DNA of 64,000 nt from Sarea resinae (taxonomy: Eukaryota), in contig JAPEUD010000011.1 in assembly GCA_026026165.1 (NCBI GenBank), positions 248,001 to 312,000 of the forward strand, given 5' to 3'. The notes under the pieces are model-generated. The model did not search any database and was not told where the DNA came from. It worked only from the letters and a program-made list of their open reading frames with translations. The first letter of the stretch is position 1, and each line of letters starts with the position of its first letter. A program made the position numbers and the translations under genes. Shown here piece after piece: positions 61,247-64,000 of this stretch.

Positions 61247-64000
61247 ATGGAGTTGAATCCTTCACAGTACGGCGATTCGCGCAGCAACTCTTCTAGACAG
61301 CTTCGGCAGACACGGACGGCGACATCGGTACCGGGAGATTCAGAAGACGCTTACAGAACATACACTGCTCCCGCCCATATTTCAAACTATGGGGCCGAGG
61401 AAATTAAAGAGGCAACCGTTAAGCCGACTCATCAACGGTTTCTCTTCACGGACCAGGTAGCCCTGAGGTAATTTTTGGTTCTTTTGAACGAGAGCCCCCT
61501 ACTGATGAGCATCCTGTAGATATCTTGAAGAAGATTCTTCGACTACGGTGCTGGACCGTCGACGGCGGCTAGAGGGCTATCAGCTTTACATCGTGGAGCA
61601 ATGGGCATGCTCCCGGGTGCATCCGACGTTCGTCCTCACGACCTATACTGGTGATCCGAGTCACTCGGTGGTGGTGAGCGTCCTAAGCGTGCCGGCGGAT
61701 GAACGAACTTGGTCTCCTCGACTCAAAGTTTATTTCAAGGCAGTTTCACAGTACTACGCCCGCAGAAAAGAGACGCGGTTGGGTACTCTCCTGGTCACGA
61801 ATCTGAGCGGGTTTCCTTCGGCTTTAACCGTCATACCAGTCCCCGAAGGAGATGGCAGAAAGCATCGGGAAGACTTCTTTGTCAACGAGAATCTGAAGCG
61901 ACTGGGCTGCTCTGGTAGAGCTGGGTTGACCCTATCTCCGCCCACAGATGCGACGCAAGCAAAGTTTCATCAATTATATCGCACCAGTGATCGTATCCCG
62001 CTCTATCAAGCGGTCCTGGAAATGGTAAAGCTCTGCCAAGGCGCGCTCACGATCTTTGATAAGCTTGCTCCGGAGTACGTGGATGGGCTGCTTTGTGATA
62101 TCACAGAAGGGGCCATCAATGATTGGTGGACCGAAATCGGCACCGAGTTCTATAATGTTGAGCCGAGTGATGGGATTCTCGGGCCAACAACGGTCGCTGC
62201 GCTTTTGGGAATGCTCATGGGCGCTCGGAATCGGTTAAACGCGTTTGGTGCCCCTGTTGCAAAGGATGCTTTCGATCTCGAATGTCTGAAACGAGGGATT
62301 GCATATTTTCAAAAGGCGCAGAAACTGCCTCGCACCAGGCGATTGGATCGTCAAACGATTGACAAGCTGCACAGAGCCACAGCAAAGGCCGCAAGTGGGG
62401 ATGGATGGCAAGTGCCGAAGGCGGTAAAGTCCACCATGGCTGAACTGAGCGGGAAGGGCGGCGAGATGATGATGGAGATGGTGGGAGCTCGAGAGAAGGC
62501 GGGAATCGCAGATATCGAGACACTCGACATTGAGACTTTCGTCCAGCTGATCCATGGAGAGAGGGGCAAATGGCTATGGTATGGAAAGCCACGGAAGGGT
62601 GTCGCGAATGAGCCGTTTGGTCCAACAGCAGAAGACCGAATGGTGTTTGGTAAGGATGACCAAGGTGGATACATATGGTCTAGCAGGAAGAAGGAGAACA
62701 CTTCAGATGAACCTGGCTCTCGCAGGATTGAAGATGACAATGATACGGATATGAGACGACCATCCGATTCGCAAGGCAGTCTCGATAACATTGACCCAGA
62801 TCCCTATCGGAGAAAGCCTATGTTTCGAAGTGTGACCGGGCGGATGAGCGATGCTCGCAGCGGTTTTGGTCGTTTCAAGGATGCCATCAGCCGCTCCGGA
62901 ACTCGAGGGCATCAACGCGGCTCGAAATCCGACATGCGATCGCAAAGGTCAAACGACAGTCCGTTCTCATCAGCACAAGAGCAACAGAGCGATCTCAGTC
63001 TGTCTCCCACCAAATCCTATCAAAACTACAGTCAGAAGGAAATCAAAAGGTCGGAAGATGGATCATTGAAGCAACAGCCTATCACAACGAGCAATTACAG
63101 ACCGAGTCAAGACCGCGAATTGGAATATCCAGCAAACAGTGCAGTGTCAAAGTTGAAAAATCCCGATCTCTACGATTCTCAAAACAGTCTTGCCCTCACC
63201 GAAGGCAGCTTGAGACCAACTAGCAGCACCGCCAAGCCACCTCCCGTCGACGTCGAAGGCATTCAATCCACAGGAGGGAATCTGCCGGGTTCTAGTAGTC
63301 TCCCATCAGACCGCTCGGCTGCTCCTTCAGTTCACGACCCCGAGCCGGACGTCTCAGCCTCAAAGCCGCCCGCGGAGACGGCTGGTGGTGCTACCAGCCT
63401 CCTCCTCCGCCACACCCAGAGCGCGTCTTCCCTCGTACCGAAAACCGAACTAGCCAACAGAGCCATCGCCAAAGACGAAAACCGCTACCCGCGCCATCTC
63501 TCCTTCAGTATGGTCGAAGACGCGGTCCTCCCATGGACAGACATCTGCGCTCCTACTTCGGTAGATATCTCCGACCCCATTCAAGCCTATAACGCCCAAT
63601 CCTACCTCGCCACCACGGCCAACCGTACCGCCAACCGCATTCACCACCTCGAATCCAACATCGCTCCCTGGGTGGAATCCAAGCTGGCTGCCGTAGAGTC
63701 CCTCGACGCGTACGGTGCTCAGAAGCAGGAGGAACTGCACGCTCTGTATATGCAGCGTCTGGACGAATATCGGGCCCTCCAAGCTGGATCCGAGGATCTA
63801 ATAGCGGCGGAGAAGTCGCATCTCGAGGACGCGATCAAGGAGGTCGAGACGCTGGGTGCGAAGCTAGAGTACGAGCTCAGTAGTCTGGTGAGTAAGGTTG
63901 AGGACGTTGAAGATGGTGTCAGTGAGTTTGAGAAACAGGTCCTGCTCGTTGAAGCGAGGGCTAGGCACTTGGAGGATGAGGGCAAATCCAACTCTGAGGG
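61247..64000 (+). CDS. STB6: Sin3-binding protein Stb2/Stb6 family; runs off the window
   Basis: Exon 61247-61467, intron 61468-61519, then a frame that appears open to the window end: FLFTDQVALRYLEED...GYQLYIVEQWACSRVHPT...YTGD, LLVTNLSGFPS, VNENLKRLGCSGR, DGLLCD. Confidence 0.88.

Overview
Gene-dense eukaryotic DNA from a filamentous ascomycete (Pezizomycotina-type genes, short GT-AG introns with CTAAC/CTGAC branch sites). About 19 protein-coding loci can be assembled by hand: NPR2 (5' end), NGG1/ADA3, a transmembrane RING-H2 ligase, Artemis/SNM1C, an unknown intronless gene, a 2OG-Fe(II) oxygenase, FRG1, a type II membrane protein, Clr2, SBH1 (Sec61 beta), an SRA/YDG protein, a broken carboxylesterase, an ABHD13/Bem46-like hydrolase, RPL20, CSN12, Sfr1/Mei5, HRD3, a WDR89-like protein, RMD5 and STB2/6 (5' part). 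Two accessory zones stand out. (1) A ~3.4 kb non-coding array of about 15 diverged ~190-bp units fills the divergent intergenic region between the oxygenase and FRG1; it holds 16 ACGCGT (MCB) sites and shows RIP-like variation. (2) A ~6.3 kb decayed island (31.7-38.0 kb) holds a 23-bp perfect inverted-repeat element, stop-riddled ORFs and a Ty3/Gypsy integrase relic, and lies between Clr2 and the SBH1/SRA genes. Artemis carries an unexpected tandem zinc-finger pair in its tail. All identifications come from motif recognition by eye; no searches or folding programs were run.
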